NCBI RefSeq assembly: GCF_005696695.1
Contig: NZ_CP040006.1
Coordinates: 420,001-452,000 of the forward strand
Source: Schaalia odontolytica
Lineage (GTDB): Bacteria; Actinomycetota; Actinomycetes; Actinomycetales; Actinomycetaceae
Direction of reading: 5' to 3'
DNA length: 32,000 bases
Shown here: positions 7,159 through 15,821 of the stretch, piece after piece
How the letters are laid out: each line of letters opens with the position of its first letter
Position numbering within the stretch: position 1 is the first letter of the stretch
Made by a program: the position numbers and the translations under genes
Notes under the pieces: generated by a model
Told to the model about the DNA's origin: nothing
The model's input: the letters and a program-made list of their open reading frames with translations, nothing else
Databases searched by the model: none

Positions 7159-8601
7159 ATGCTCAAAAAACTTTCCTTGAAAACCAGATGGGCGATCGGC
7201 GTCGTGAGCGCCCTCGTCCTCCTCGTCGTCTGCGCCGGCATCGTGTATGCGGCCAACTACTCCGGACGCGCCCTGCCGGGCACGACCGTCGCCGGCACGC
7301 CCGTCGCGGGCATGACCCGCGACCAGGTGATCGCCGCCGTCAACGAGCGCGCCGACGCCGCGACCGTCACGCTCACCGTCGAAGGCAAGACCACCCAGGC
7401 CTCGCTCAACGAAGCAGGCATCACGGTCGAAGCCGACGAGACCGCCGATGCCGCCATGAAGGGCTCCACGTCCCTTCCCGCGTTCGTCAGCGCCCTGTTC
7501 TCCGAGCGTAATGTCGAGCCCGTCGTCACCGTCAGTGAGGAATCCATCAAGAAGCTCGCCGCGACCGCGAACTCGACCCTCACCTCGGAAATGAAGGACG
7601 CTGCGGTTGTTGTTGCCGAAGACGGCGAATCCTTCACCTTCACCCCCGCGCAGAACGGCAACGGCGTGTCCACCGATGACGTCGCCTCCGCCGTCAAGCA
7701 GGCGGGCGCCACCCTCGCCTCCGTCACCCAGGACGTGAGCGTGCGCGAGATGGAGCCCTCCGTCACCACCGAGAACGCGCAGGCCGTCGCCGAGAAGGCC
7801 AACGCCCTCCTCGAGACGAACATCGAAATCTCCGACGGCATCGACACCTTCTACGCCGAGCGCTCCGACAAGGTCAAGTGGGTCGAATTCCTCACCAAGG
7901 ATGACGGCAGCCTCGAGGACCCGTCCATCAACGCCGTCAAGGTCGCCGACTGGGTCAACGCCCTGGCCGCCAAGACCGACGTCAAGCCTGAAAACCGCGT
8001 CGACAACGTCGACTCTTCCGGCAATGTTCTGACCGTCGCCCGTGAAGGCAAGAAGGGCCTCAAGACCAACAACACCGAGCAGATCACCAAGGACGTCGTC
8101 GCCGCCATGACCGACGGCAAGGCGTACGAGGGCCTGTTCCACTACGACGACGTCGAGCCCGGCTCCGAAACCAAGCAGGTCGCCGAAGGCACCGAAAACC
8201 TGGTCTACCAGGCGGCCGAAGGTGAGAAGTGGGTCGACATCAGCCTCTCCGACAACTCCGTCACCGCCTACGTCGGCGGCAAGGTCGCCGGCGGCCCCTT
8301 CTACATGGTCCCCGGTGCCCCCGAGACACCCACCATCGTCGGCACCTTCCACGTGTACCTCAAGTACGACGTGCAGACCATGCGCGGTGAGAACGCCGAC
8401 GGCACCAAGTATGAGACCGAGGGCGTCCCGTGGGTCACCTACTTCAGCGGTGGCTACGCGATGCACGGCGCCCCCTGGCGTTCCTCCTTCGGCTGGAGCG
8501 GCTACGGCGGCTCCCACGGCTGCGTGAACATGCCCGTCGACGCCGCGAAGTTCATCTACGACTGGACCGACATGGGTGACACGGTGGTCGTGCACTACTG
8601 A
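7159..8601 (+). CDS. Membrane-anchored L,D-transpeptidase (YkuD domain)
   Basis: N-terminal TM helix IGVVSALVLLVVCAGIVYAA. C-terminal YkuD signature ..YAMHGAPWRSSFGWSGYGGSHGCVNMP with the catalytic Cys. Confidence 0.85.
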   Translation: MLKKLSLKTRWAIGVVSALVLLVVCAGIVYAANYSGRALPGTTVAGTPVAGMTRDQVIAAVNERADAATVTLTVEGKTTQASLNEAGITVEADETADAAMKGSTSLPAFVSALFSERNVEPVVTVSEESIKKLAATANSTLTSEMKDAAVVVAEDGESFTFTPAQNGNGVSTDDVASAVKQAGATLASVTQDVSVREMEPSVTTENAQAVAEKANALLETNIEISDGIDTFYAERSDKVKWVEFLTKDDGSLEDPSINAVKVADWVNALAAKTDVKPENRVDNVDSSGNVLTVAREGKKGLKTNNTEQITKDVVAAMTDGKAYEGLFHYDDVEPGSETKQVAEGTENLVYQAAEGEKWVDISLSDNSVTAYVGGKVAGGPFYMVPGAPETPTIVGTFHVYLKYDVQTMRGENADGTKYETEGVPWVTYFSGGYAMHGAPWRSSFGWSGYGGSHGCVNMPVDAAKFIYDWTDMGDTVVVHY

Positions 8602-8620
8602 TTAGTGCTGAGCATCAGGG

Positions 8621-8648
8621 CGGGCCGGAACCGAAGGGTTCCGGCCCG
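8621..8648 (+). terminator. Intrinsic terminator of the L,D-transpeptidase gene
   Basis: Perfect 12-bp stem cgggccggaacc / ggttccggcccg with loop gaag, followed by ctttgtcgtgttt. Confidence 0.75.
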
Positions 8649-8655
8649 CTTTGTC

Positions 8656-8682
8656 GTGTTTGTGTTTGTGTTTGTGTTTGTG
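8656..8682. repeat. Hexanucleotide microsatellite (GTGTTT)x4 + GTG
   Basis: Read directly: gtgtttgtgtttgtgtttgtgtttgtg. Confidence 0.9.
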
Positions 8683-8900
8683 GCCCCGCTGGTGTTCCGG
8701 GCGTGGTCTGATCCTGCTGTGGGGCCGGGCTGCTTGGTGCGCCAGTGGGCGGCGGTCCGCCCGCTCGCCGTCCGCGCCGCGAGCTTCGCTCGGCGCGTCG
8801 TCTCGAAGCCCGGCCAGGCCCCGCCACCGCCCACGGGCGCCGTAGCCAGGCCGCGCCGTCGCCCATGGGCGCCGCAGCCCACACAGCCGCCTACGCTCAC

Positions 8901-9010
8901 CAATTTTGCACGTAATTCCCCTGCGACTGTTTCAAATCTTTAATGCGCCTCGTTGGAATTGCAACGTTTTCAGCGTTTATTGAAACTTCTTTCAATCGAA
9001 TTACGTGCAA
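8901..9010. repeat. Hairpin module 1 (MITE-like or structured-RNA-like)
   Basis: ttgcacgtaattc (8906-8918) is perfectly complementary to gaattacgtgcaa (8998-9010), with a 79-nt spacer. The left arm caattttgcacgtaattcccct matches the module 2 left arm at 19/22 positions. Confidence 0.6.
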
Positions 9011-9133
9011 CTTTGCGGGGGTGCTGCCTCGGTGGGCCCACACCAACGCATGCAGGAGCGATCTTTCTTTCGCGGTCCACCACGCCTCATTGGTGCGCCT
9101 TTTTGGGCCGTATCTGGTGTGTTTGTGCCTCGC

Positions 9134-9491
9134 CATGAAACCGACAGCACCTTTGCTGGCGCTTCCTTGCGGTGGCATGAAACCGCCATCACCATTGCGA
9201 GCGATAAAGAGTCCTTTTCGAGCTATTTTGTGCGAGCAAAGGTTATGGCGGTTTCAACGGGGTGTGCAGTGCGGCGTGCAAAGGTGTTGGCGGTTTCAAA
9301 TTTGCCTCGTCATCGTGCCCTGTGCGCGAAAACGTTCGCCCTGCTCGGCCTGGTGTGGGTGTGAGCGTGAAAAAGTTCGTCCAGCGTGGTCGAAATGACC
9401 CAAAATCGGCGTTTTGTTGCGTGCTGGGCGAATTTTTTCGTGGAAATGCTGTGGGATGGGCTGCGCTGGGAGAACTTTTTCGCGGAAGAGC
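9134..9491. repeat. Array of phased repeat pairs with dyad symmetry
   Basis: catgaaaccg(a/c)ca at 9134 and 9176. tggcggtttca at 9246 and 9288, the inverse of the first pair. gaaaa(c/a)gttcg at 9328 and 9369. gctggg.gaa.tttttcg.ggaa at 9423 and 9465, which contains the inverse of gaaaaagttc. Each pair is spaced 41-42 nt. Confidence 0.7.
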
Positions 9492-9565
9492 CACTGCATG
9501 CTCTCATTGTGAGCGTGTGTATGTGCGTCCGCAGTCCTTGCGACGGCCGCTCATCAGCCGGGGAC

Positions 9566-9681
9566 CAATTTCGCATGCAATTCCCCTCAAGGTATTTCAA
9601 GCTATGAACTCAAACCGTTGAGATTCTGCCGTTTTAGTGCCGTCGTGCATGTGGGCTCTGTGGGAATTGCATGCGAAATTG
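9566..9681. repeat. Hairpin module 2 (MITE-like or structured-RNA-like)
   Basis: Perfect 20-nt inverted repeat caatttcgcatgcaattccc (9566-9585) / gggaattgcatgcgaaattg (9662-9681) with a 76-nt spacer. The spacer is partly homologous to the module 1 spacer (cgttgga.att..c.cgtttt.ag.g). Confidence 0.7.
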
Positions 9682-9840
9682 TGGAAGAGGTGGCCTGGAC
9701 TGGTTGTGTGGACCGGGTGTTTTGAGGGGTGGTTGTTAGTGGTGTTGTGCCCATAGGTGCGCGTACCGGTTGGGAAGAACCAGTCCAGTGCGGTGGCTGG
9801 GCCGACCGGCAGGCCCGAAGCGGCGCCGCGACGGAACGTG

Positions 9841-10977
9841 CTACGCGGCCCGGGATGCGATAAAGCCCTGCAAGGCGATGACGCCGGCGCCGCGCGACCA
9901 GGCCTCGTTGGAGCCATCGGAGAGGGTGACGCGAATCGATGAGGCGCGCGGGTCGCGCACCTCTGCGATGCCGGCCCGCAGAGCCTCGCCGCTCAGCGAT
10001 GCGAGCGCGACACCCTCACCGCCGACGATCACCAGTTCCGGAGCCGTGAGAGACGCGACCAGGCCGATGAGCCTGCCGAGGGCGCGCCCCGAGGCCGCCA
10101 AAATCGCCGTCACCGCAGGGTGTTTGTCGGAGGCGAGAGCGATGACGTCGCTCCACTCGAGCGGACGTCCGAGCGCGGCCGACGCGTCGCGGCAGATCGC
10201 GGGCGTCGTCAGCATGGCCTCCGCGCAGCCTCGGTGCCCCTGGGAGCAGATGGGGCCGAGTGGATCGAGTGGCCAGTGGCCGACGAGGCCGATGCCCGAG
10301 TCCTCGTTCTCCAGGCGTGCCCCGTTGGCGACACATCCGTATCCCACGCCCACGCCGACCGTGATAACCGCGAAGTTGGAATGTCCGGTGCCCGACCCGA
10401 ACCAGTGCTGGATCTGCGTGTAGGCGGACAGGTCGTTGGCGACGAAGGTAGGCAGGTGGGTGGCCTCGGAGACGAGGGAGGCGAGTGGAACGTTGTTCCA
10501 CTTGAGGAAGGGGGCCGACTCGACGGCGCCGTCAGCGTTCACGATGCCGCCGACGGCAATGCCGATCGCGTCGATGCGGTAGGCCGAGCGGGCGAGGTGC
10601 GCCAGGTCCGCGATTGCGCGGACAACGCGGATGGGGGTGAGGGATTCGAGGGGGATGCGGTAGGAGTCGCGGGGAGTCGCCTTCAAGTCGATGACGGTGG
10701 CGTCGAGGGCACTGTCCGTCAGCTTGATGCCGAGGAAGTAGTGCGAGGAGGGGACGACGTCGAGGGGGATCGTGGGGCGGCCGGAGGTTCGCTGGGTGGC
10801 CTCGGGGACCTCGGCGAGGAGACCGGAGGAGATGAGCTCCGTCGAGATGCGCGTGAGCGTCGCGGGGGCCAGGCCGAGGCGTCGCGCCAGCTCAGCACGG
10901 CCGAGTGGGCCGTGGATGAGGACTTCGAGAGCGACCGCGGAAGCGAGCTCGTCTTTGGGCTGCCAGGTCATGACCAT
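9841..10977 (-). CDS. ROK-family transcriptional regulator
   Basis: N-terminal winged-helix region (GPLGRAELARRLGLAPATLTRISTELISSGLL) followed by a ROK sugar-kinase-like fold with the Cys/His cluster GHWPLDPLGPICSQGHRGCAE. Start at Met 10975-10977 or 10969-10971; AAGGA fits the latter better. The longer ORF-track extension crosses the promoter region. Confidence 0.85.
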   Translation of the reverse strand: MVMTWQPKDELASAVALEVLIHGPLGRAELARRLGLAPATLTRISTELISSGLLAEVPEATQRTSGRPTIPLDVVPSSHYFLGIKLTDSALDATVIDLKATPRDSYRIPLESLTPIRVVRAIADLAHLARSAYRIDAIGIAVGGIVNADGAVESAPFLKWNNVPLASLVSEATHLPTFVANDLSAYTQIQHWFGSGTGHSNFAVITVGVGVGYGCVANGARLENEDSGIGLVGHWPLDPLGPICSQGHRGCAEAMLTTPAICRDASAALGRPLEWSDVIALASDKHPAVTAILAASGRALGRLIGLVASLTAPELVIVGGEGVALASLSGEALRAGIAEVRDPRASSIRVTLSDGSNEAWSRGAGVIALQGFIASRAA

Positions 10978-11029
10978 TCCTTTCTGGTGAAAGAAAGAGT
11001 ACATGCAAATTTCAATTTTGCCTAGCTTA

Positions 11030-11062
11030 TTGACATAACTAATTTTGCGTGGTGAAATTAGT
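11030..11062 (+). promoter_or_regulatory. Candidate sigma-70-type promoter of the ABC operon with an overlapping inverted-repeat operator
   Basis: TTGACA (11030-11035), 17-nt spacer, TGAAAT (11053-11058) with an upstream TG (11050-11051). Inverted repeat actaattt (11038-11045) / aaattagt (11055-11062) spans the spacer and the -10. Confidence 0.45.
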
Positions 11063-11097
11063 GGCAAGCGGCCAATGGTGGTCGCGATCACGAGAAA

Positions 11098-12408
11098 GTG
11101 CACAGTGCAATGAAGCAGAAGCGTCTCCTTACCGTCGGTGTCACCCTTTTCGCTGCGGCCTCGATGCTTGCAGCCTGTGGTGGCAACACAGCCGACCAGT
11201 CATCGTCTTCCGGATCCGGCTCCTCGACCGTCGAACTCACCCTGTGGGGCACGTACGGTGCGGGCTCCAACAGCGCCCAGAAGGACGCGTTGGAAAAGGA
11301 AATCATCCCCGCCTTCGAGAAGGCCAACCCCGGAATCACCATCAAGTACGTCGACATGCCCTACGACGGCCTCAAGCAGAAGCTCACGACCGGCGCCGCG
11401 GCCGGGGAGCTGCCCGACCTGATCCGTACCGACCTCGGTTGGAACGCGCAGTTCGCCAAGCTGGGTGTCCTCAAGCAGCTCGACGGCAACATGCCGAATT
11501 ACGAGGCCTTGGCGTCCAAGGTCTACCCGGGCCTGCTCGGCACGACCCTGTACAACGGCCACCACTACGGCCTGCCCCTGGACACGAACACGCGCGTGCT
11601 CATCTCCAACCCCGATGCCCTCGCCAAGCTTGGCGTCGACAAGGCCCCTGAGACTTTCGATGAACTGAAGGACCTCGCCGCTAAGGCGAAGGACGCGGGC
11701 GGTTCGGTCTACGCCTTCGCCGACGGGGACATCTCGCAGTGGAACATCATGCCGTGGATCTGGAGCGCGGGCGGCGACATTTCCGATCCCGACCAGACCA
11801 AGGCCTCGGGCTACCTGGACTCCGATAAGTCCGTGGCCGGCGTCCAGTTCCTCGTCGACCTGTACCAGCAGGGGCAGATCCCCAACGCGATCATCGGCAA
11901 CGAGGGCGCGACCAAGACCCAGGACGGCATGCCGAACGGCGAGTACGCGACGATCCTCGACGGCCCGTGGATGGACCAGATCTGGGCGGGCTCGTATCCG
12001 GACTTCAAGCCCACCTACTCTAAGGTTCCCGCCGGCGAGGGCGGATCGATCTCGGTCGTCGGCGGCGAGTCCATCGTCATCACGGAACAGACCAAGGATC
12101 TCGAGGCCTCGTACAAGTTCCTCGAGTTCACCCAGTCGCGCGAGTTCCAGCTGCCGATGAGTAAGGCCGGCCAGATGACGGTCGTTGCCGAGTACGCGGC
12201 CGAGGAGGCCGAGGCGACACCGGGCACCAAGATCTTCTCCGAGCAGCTCAAGACAGCGAAGTCTCGCCTCTCCATCCCTGATGCTGGGAAGGTCGACGAG
12301 ATCTTCAAGACCGAGCTGACCCCCGCCTTCGAAGGCAAGGTGACGGTTAAGGAGGCCCTGACAAAGGCAGCGCAGCAGATCGACCCGCTCCTGAGCGCCG
12401 CCAAGTAA
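11098..12408 (+). CDS. ABC transporter extracellular sugar-binding lipoprotein
   Basis: Signal peptide plus lipobox MLAACGG and a Ser-rich linker. Family-1 solute-binding protein features throughout. The true start is probably ATG 11110 (MKQKRLL..). Confidence 0.85.
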   Translation: MHSAMKQKRLLTVGVTLFAAASMLAACGGNTADQSSSSGSGSSTVELTLWGTYGAGSNSAQKDALEKEIIPAFEKANPGITIKYVDMPYDGLKQKLTTGAAAGELPDLIRTDLGWNAQFAKLGVLKQLDGNMPNYEALASKVYPGLLGTTLYNGHHYGLPLDTNTRVLISNPDALAKLGVDKAPETFDELKDLAAKAKDAGGSVYAFADGDISQWNIMPWIWSAGGDISDPDQTKASGYLDSDKSVAGVQFLVDLYQQGQIPNAIIGNEGATKTQDGMPNGEYATILDGPWMDQIWAGSYPDFKPTYSKVPAGEGGSISVVGGESIVITEQTKDLEASYKFLEFTQSREFQLPMSKAGQMTVVAEYAAEEAEATPGTKIFSEQLKTAKSRLSIPDAGKVDEIFKTELTPAFEGKVTVKEALTKAAQQIDPLLSAAK

Positions 12409-12475
12409 CCCGACGTCGCTCCACTCACCGGGCCCGGCCCCCACGCGCGGGGCTGGGCCCGGGAAAGGACAACTC

Positions 12476-13411
12476 ATGAGCACCCCCACCGCGCACGAGG
12501 CCGTGGCACCTCGGGCGCGTCGGCGTTCCTCCCGGAGGAACCCGGTGGCCCCCTACCTCTTCTTGGCCCCGGGCATGATCCTGTTCGCCCTGTGCATCCT
12601 GTACCCCATGGTGCGGTCGGGGCAGATGAGCTTTTACGACTGGAACATCGTGAAGGGCTCGAACTCGGACTTCGTTGGCCTGGACAATTACGTCAAGGCA
12701 TTCCATGATCCGTCCTTTTGGACGGGGCTGGGAAACTCCGGGATCTATATGGCTTTGACGGTGCCCCCGCAGATCATCCTCGGCCTCGCCGTCGCGATGC
12801 TGCTGCGCTCGAAGGCGCCGCTCCAGCCGCTGTTTCGGGTGCTCTACTACCTGCCCGTAGTCACGTCCTGGGTGGTCGTATCCCTGCTCTTCAAGTACCT
12901 GTTCGCTGACCAGGGGCTCATCAACTACATGTTGGGCAGTGCCCACCTCGGCGCGGGGGACACCTCGTGGCTGTCGAACCGTTGGACCGCCATGATCGCG
13001 ATCTGCGCGCTGGGCGTGTGGAAGGGCATCGGCTGGTCGATGATGATCTTCCTTGCCGCCCTCCAGGGGGTGCCGAAGGAGCTGGAGGAGGCCGCCCTCG
13101 TCGATGGGGCGAACTGGTGGCAGCGCTTCAAAGCCGTGACCGTTCCGGCGATCTGGCCGGCCACCGTCTTCGTCATCGTCATGCTGGTGATCGGTGGCCT
13201 CAACGTCTTCACGTCGGTGCTGCTCATGACGAAGGGCGGGCCCAACGGCCAGACCGAGGTGCTGATGACCTACATGTACCGCCTCGCGTTCTCCGACCTC
13301 AACTTCGGGTATGGCTCGGCGATCGCCGTCGTCCTGACGATCCTCGTGTTCATCATTTCGATTGTTCAGCTCAAAGTACTGAACCGCGACGACGAAAGGG
13401 CGGGAGCATGA
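12476..13411 (+). CDS. Carbohydrate ABC transporter permease (MalF/UgpA-like)
   Basis: Six TM segments. EAA-type loop LQGVPKELEEAALVDGANWWQRFKAVTVP. SD gaaagga lies upstream. Confidence 0.88.
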   Translation: MSTPTAHEAVAPRARRRSSRRNPVAPYLFLAPGMILFALCILYPMVRSGQMSFYDWNIVKGSNSDFVGLDNYVKAFHDPSFWTGLGNSGIYMALTVPPQIILGLAVAMLLRSKAPLQPLFRVLYYLPVVTSWVVVSLLFKYLFADQGLINYMLGSAHLGAGDTSWLSNRWTAMIAICALGVWKGIGWSMMIFLAALQGVPKELEEAALVDGANWWQRFKAVTVPAIWPATVFVIVMLVIGGLNVFTSVLLMTKGGPNGQTEVLMTYMYRLAFSDLNFGYGSAIAVVLTILVFIISIVQLKVLNRDDERAGA

Positions 13412-14253
13412 GCACGTCACGCAAGACGATTCGCGCCGCGGGAACGTCGCTGCGCTTCGTCGTCCTGACGGTGGGGGCGATCGTTATGATCCTGCCCTTC
13501 GCCTACATGGTGTCAACGTCCTTCAAGCCGCAGGCTTACGTCCTGGAGACGCCCCCGAAGTTCATCCCCGACCCGGGCACGGTCGACAACTTCGTGCAAG
13601 CGTGGACGACGCAGGATTTTTCCCGCTACGCCTTGAACTCAGCGTTTGTGTCCGTGACCTCGACGGTGCTGGCCGTGTGGCTCTCCTCGATGATGGCCTA
13701 CGCGTTCGCGCGCTTCGACTTCCCGGGCAAGGAGTGGCTCTTCCGCGCCCTCCTCCTCGGCCTCATGATCCCCTCGATGATGCTGATCATCCCGCAGTTC
13801 GTGCTCACCAAGCAGCTGCACCTCATCGACAACCTGTGGGCCCTCGTGCTGTTCTACGTCTCGGGAAACCTGGCGCTCAACACCTTCCTGCTGCGCAGTT
13901 TCTTCGAGGGGATCCCGTGTGAGCTCGACGAGGCCATGGAGGTCGACGGCGCGAACGTGTGGACCCGCTACTGGCGCCTCGCGATGCCGCTGGCCCGGCC
14001 CGCGCTGGCGACGACCGTCATCTTCACCTTCCTGGCGACCTGGGATGAGTTTGCCTGGGCCCTCACGGTCATTTCGACGGAAACGAAACGCACCCTCCCG
14101 ATCGCCATTCAGCTGTTCCACGGGCAAAACTCCACGCAGTGGGGGCTCGTGTTTGCCGCGTCCCTCATCGCGATCCTCCCCGTTATCGTTGTGTACCTGA
14201 TCTTCCAGCGTCACTTCGTCGCGGGCCTGACCGCAGGAGCCGTGAAAGGATGA
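13408..14253 (+). CDS. Carbohydrate ABC transporter permease (MalG/UgpE-like)
   Basis: Start ATG 13408-13410 overlaps the upstream stop (ATGA). EAA loop FEGIPCELDEAMEVDGANVWTRYWRLAMP. The ORF-track frame 12967..14253 is trimmed to this start. Confidence 0.88.
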   Translation: MSTSRKTIRAAGTSLRFVVLTVGAIVMILPFAYMVSTSFKPQAYVLETPPKFIPDPGTVDNFVQAWTTQDFSRYALNSAFVSVTSTVLAVWLSSMMAYAFARFDFPGKEWLFRALLLGLMIPSMMLIIPQFVLTKQLHLIDNLWALVLFYVSGNLALNTFLLRSFFEGIPCELDEAMEVDGANVWTRYWRLAMPLARPALATTVIFTFLATWDEFAWALTVISTETKRTLPIAIQLFHGQNSTQWGLVFAASLIAILPVIVVYLIFQRHFVAGLTAGAVKG

Positions 14254-15821
14254 CTCCCTTGCTCCTCCCCACACAATCCGTCTACCTGCCCGGCCAGGCG
14301 GTCCTCGTCGAAGCCTCCCACCCGGGCGACCTCGTCGTCACCCACCTGGGCGAGACCGTGCGCGAGGTCCCGTGCGAGCGCCCCGGCCTCGTCGAACTGG
14401 GAGGACTGAGCGTCGGCGGGTACGGTGTCGCCCAGCCGTCGACGGGCGCGTCGAGCGCCGTGCAGGTGTGTGCCTCGGCGTCGGATCGGCTGCGCTACGG
14501 TTTCGTTGCCTCCTTCCGCCCGGGAAAGGACGCCGAGGCCGTGGCCCGTTTCGCGCGTCGCCTGCACCTGACCGGCATTCAGTTCTACGACTGGGCGTAT
14601 CGGCACGCTGACCTGCTGGGCGGGGGAGAGGAGTACCTCGACGCCCTTGATCAGCCGATTTCCCTGGCGACCGTGCGCGCCCTCATCGAGGCGCTGCGCG
14701 CGGTGGGCACGCGGTCGATTGGCTACGCGGCCGTGTACGGCGTCGGCAATGACGAGTGGGAACAGTGGGAGGATGCGGCCCTGCTGGATGCGGTGGGGGA
14801 GCCGTACTCGCTCGCTGACTTCCTGCGCATCGTCGATCCCGCCCATCCGCGCTGGCTTGAGCACTTCGCCGCCGACGTTGCGGCTGCCGCGCGCGAGGTC
14901 GGCTTCGATGGCTTCCACCTCGACCAGTACGGCTACCCGAAGATGGCTGTCCGCCCCGACGGCGAGATCGTCGACGTGGCCTCATCCTTCGACACCCTCA
15001 TCCGAGGGGTGCGTGAGGCGGTGCCCAGCGCGACGCTCGTGTTCAACAACGTCAACGATTTCCCGACCTGGTCCTCGCCGGCAGCCCCTCAGGACGCGGT
15101 CTATATCGAGCCCTGGGAGCCCGTCACCACGTACGAGGCCCTGGCTCGGGTGGTAACGAGGGCGCGGCTCGTCGCGGGCGGGAAGCCCGTCGTCCTGGCG
15201 GCCTATCAGTCCATCTACGACAAGGTTGCCCGGGACGTGGCCGACGCATCGACGCGCCTGACGATGGCGACGCTCTTCTCACACGGTGCCACGCAGCTCC
15301 TCGCCGGAGAAGACGGCCGACTCCTCGTCGATCCGTACTACGTGCGCAACATGCCCGCCGAGGACGAGACCCTCGACATGCTCGCTAGCTGGTACGACTT
15401 CCTCGTCGCGAACGACGAGATCCTCGTGGACCCCGGGATTGTTGACGTGACGGCCTCGTACGTGGGCGCATACAACGCGGATATCGATGTGTCCTTCGAT
15501 GCGGCGCCCGTGTGCTGGGAGGCGTCCCCGGGCTGCGTGTGGCGGCGCATCACCCGCGCAGGCGACGCCCTGGTTGTCCACCTCATCAACCTCGTAGGCC
15601 AGTCCGACACGGTATGGGACGGCCCCCACCGCCCGGTGATCGCGCTGCGAGGCGGTACGCTGCGTCTGAAACCCCTGTTCGGGCGCGTGCCGCGGGTGTG
15701 TGCGGCGGATCCCGACTCGGGTTCGACTCTGATCCCCCTGGACGTGCGCATCGTCGACGGCCAGGCCGTTGTTTCCCTCCCCGACCTCAACGTATGGCAG
15801 GTGCTCCATGTTCTTCTGTAA
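14250..15821 (+). CDS. Glycoside hydrolase family 66-like protein (dextranase / cycloisomalto-oligosaccharide-active family), no signal peptide
   Basis: GIQFYDWAYRHADLL and GFDGFHLDQYGYPK resemble the conserved GH66 blocks as I recall them. ATGA-coupled to the permease gene (start 14250-14252). Confidence 0.6.
   Translation: MTPLLLPTQSVYLPGQAVLVEASHPGDLVVTHLGETVREVPCERPGLVELGGLSVGGYGVAQPSTGASSAVQVCASASDRLRYGFVASFRPGKDAEAVARFARRLHLTGIQFYDWAYRHADLLGGGEEYLDALDQPISLATVRALIEALRAVGTRSIGYAAVYGVGNDEWEQWEDAALLDAVGEPYSLADFLRIVDPAHPRWLEHFAADVAAAAREVGFDGFHLDQYGYPKMAVRPDGEIVDVASSFDTLIRGVREAVPSATLVFNNVNDFPTWSSPAAPQDAVYIEPWEPVTTYEALARVVTRARLVAGGKPVVLAAYQSIYDKVARDVADASTRLTMATLFSHGATQLLAGEDGRLLVDPYYVRNMPAEDETLDMLASWYDFLVANDEILVDPGIVDVTASYVGAYNADIDVSFDAAPVCWEASPGCVWRRITRAGDALVVHLINLVGQSDTVWDGPHRPVIALRGGTLRLKPLFGRVPRVCAADPDSGSTLIPLDVRIVDGQAVVSLPDLNVWQVLHVLL

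Noticed and set aside
6754-8595. 613-aa ORF on the minus strand. Similar long antisense ORFs: 5543..7024 (+), 11200..12489 (-), 12425..13420 (-), 15787..17286 (-), 18934..20436 (-), 21723..23513 (-), 24669..25538 (-), 29207..30565 (+).
   Set aside because: Each lies antisense to a gene with clear family motifs. Their translations are Gly/Arg/Asp/His/Val-rich with no recognisable domains. These are the usual shadow ORFs of high-GC DNA, where stop codons are rare in every frame.
9134-9491. Possible CRISPR array (also considered for 23419-23499).
   Set aside because: The repeats are 11-27 nt, degenerate and present in both orientations, with only two copies per motif. There are no uniform spacers and no cas genes in the window.
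8605-9621. Multiple 60-150-aa ORFs on both strands in the 8.6-9.8 kb interval (e.g. 8943..9398, 9262..9621, 9243..9494).
   Set aside because: They overlap one another, lack SD sequences, and have aberrant Cys/Arg/Pro/Phe-rich composition. Their internal peptide repeats simply mirror the DNA repeats. I treat the interval as non-coding, though a decayed pseudogene cannot be excluded.
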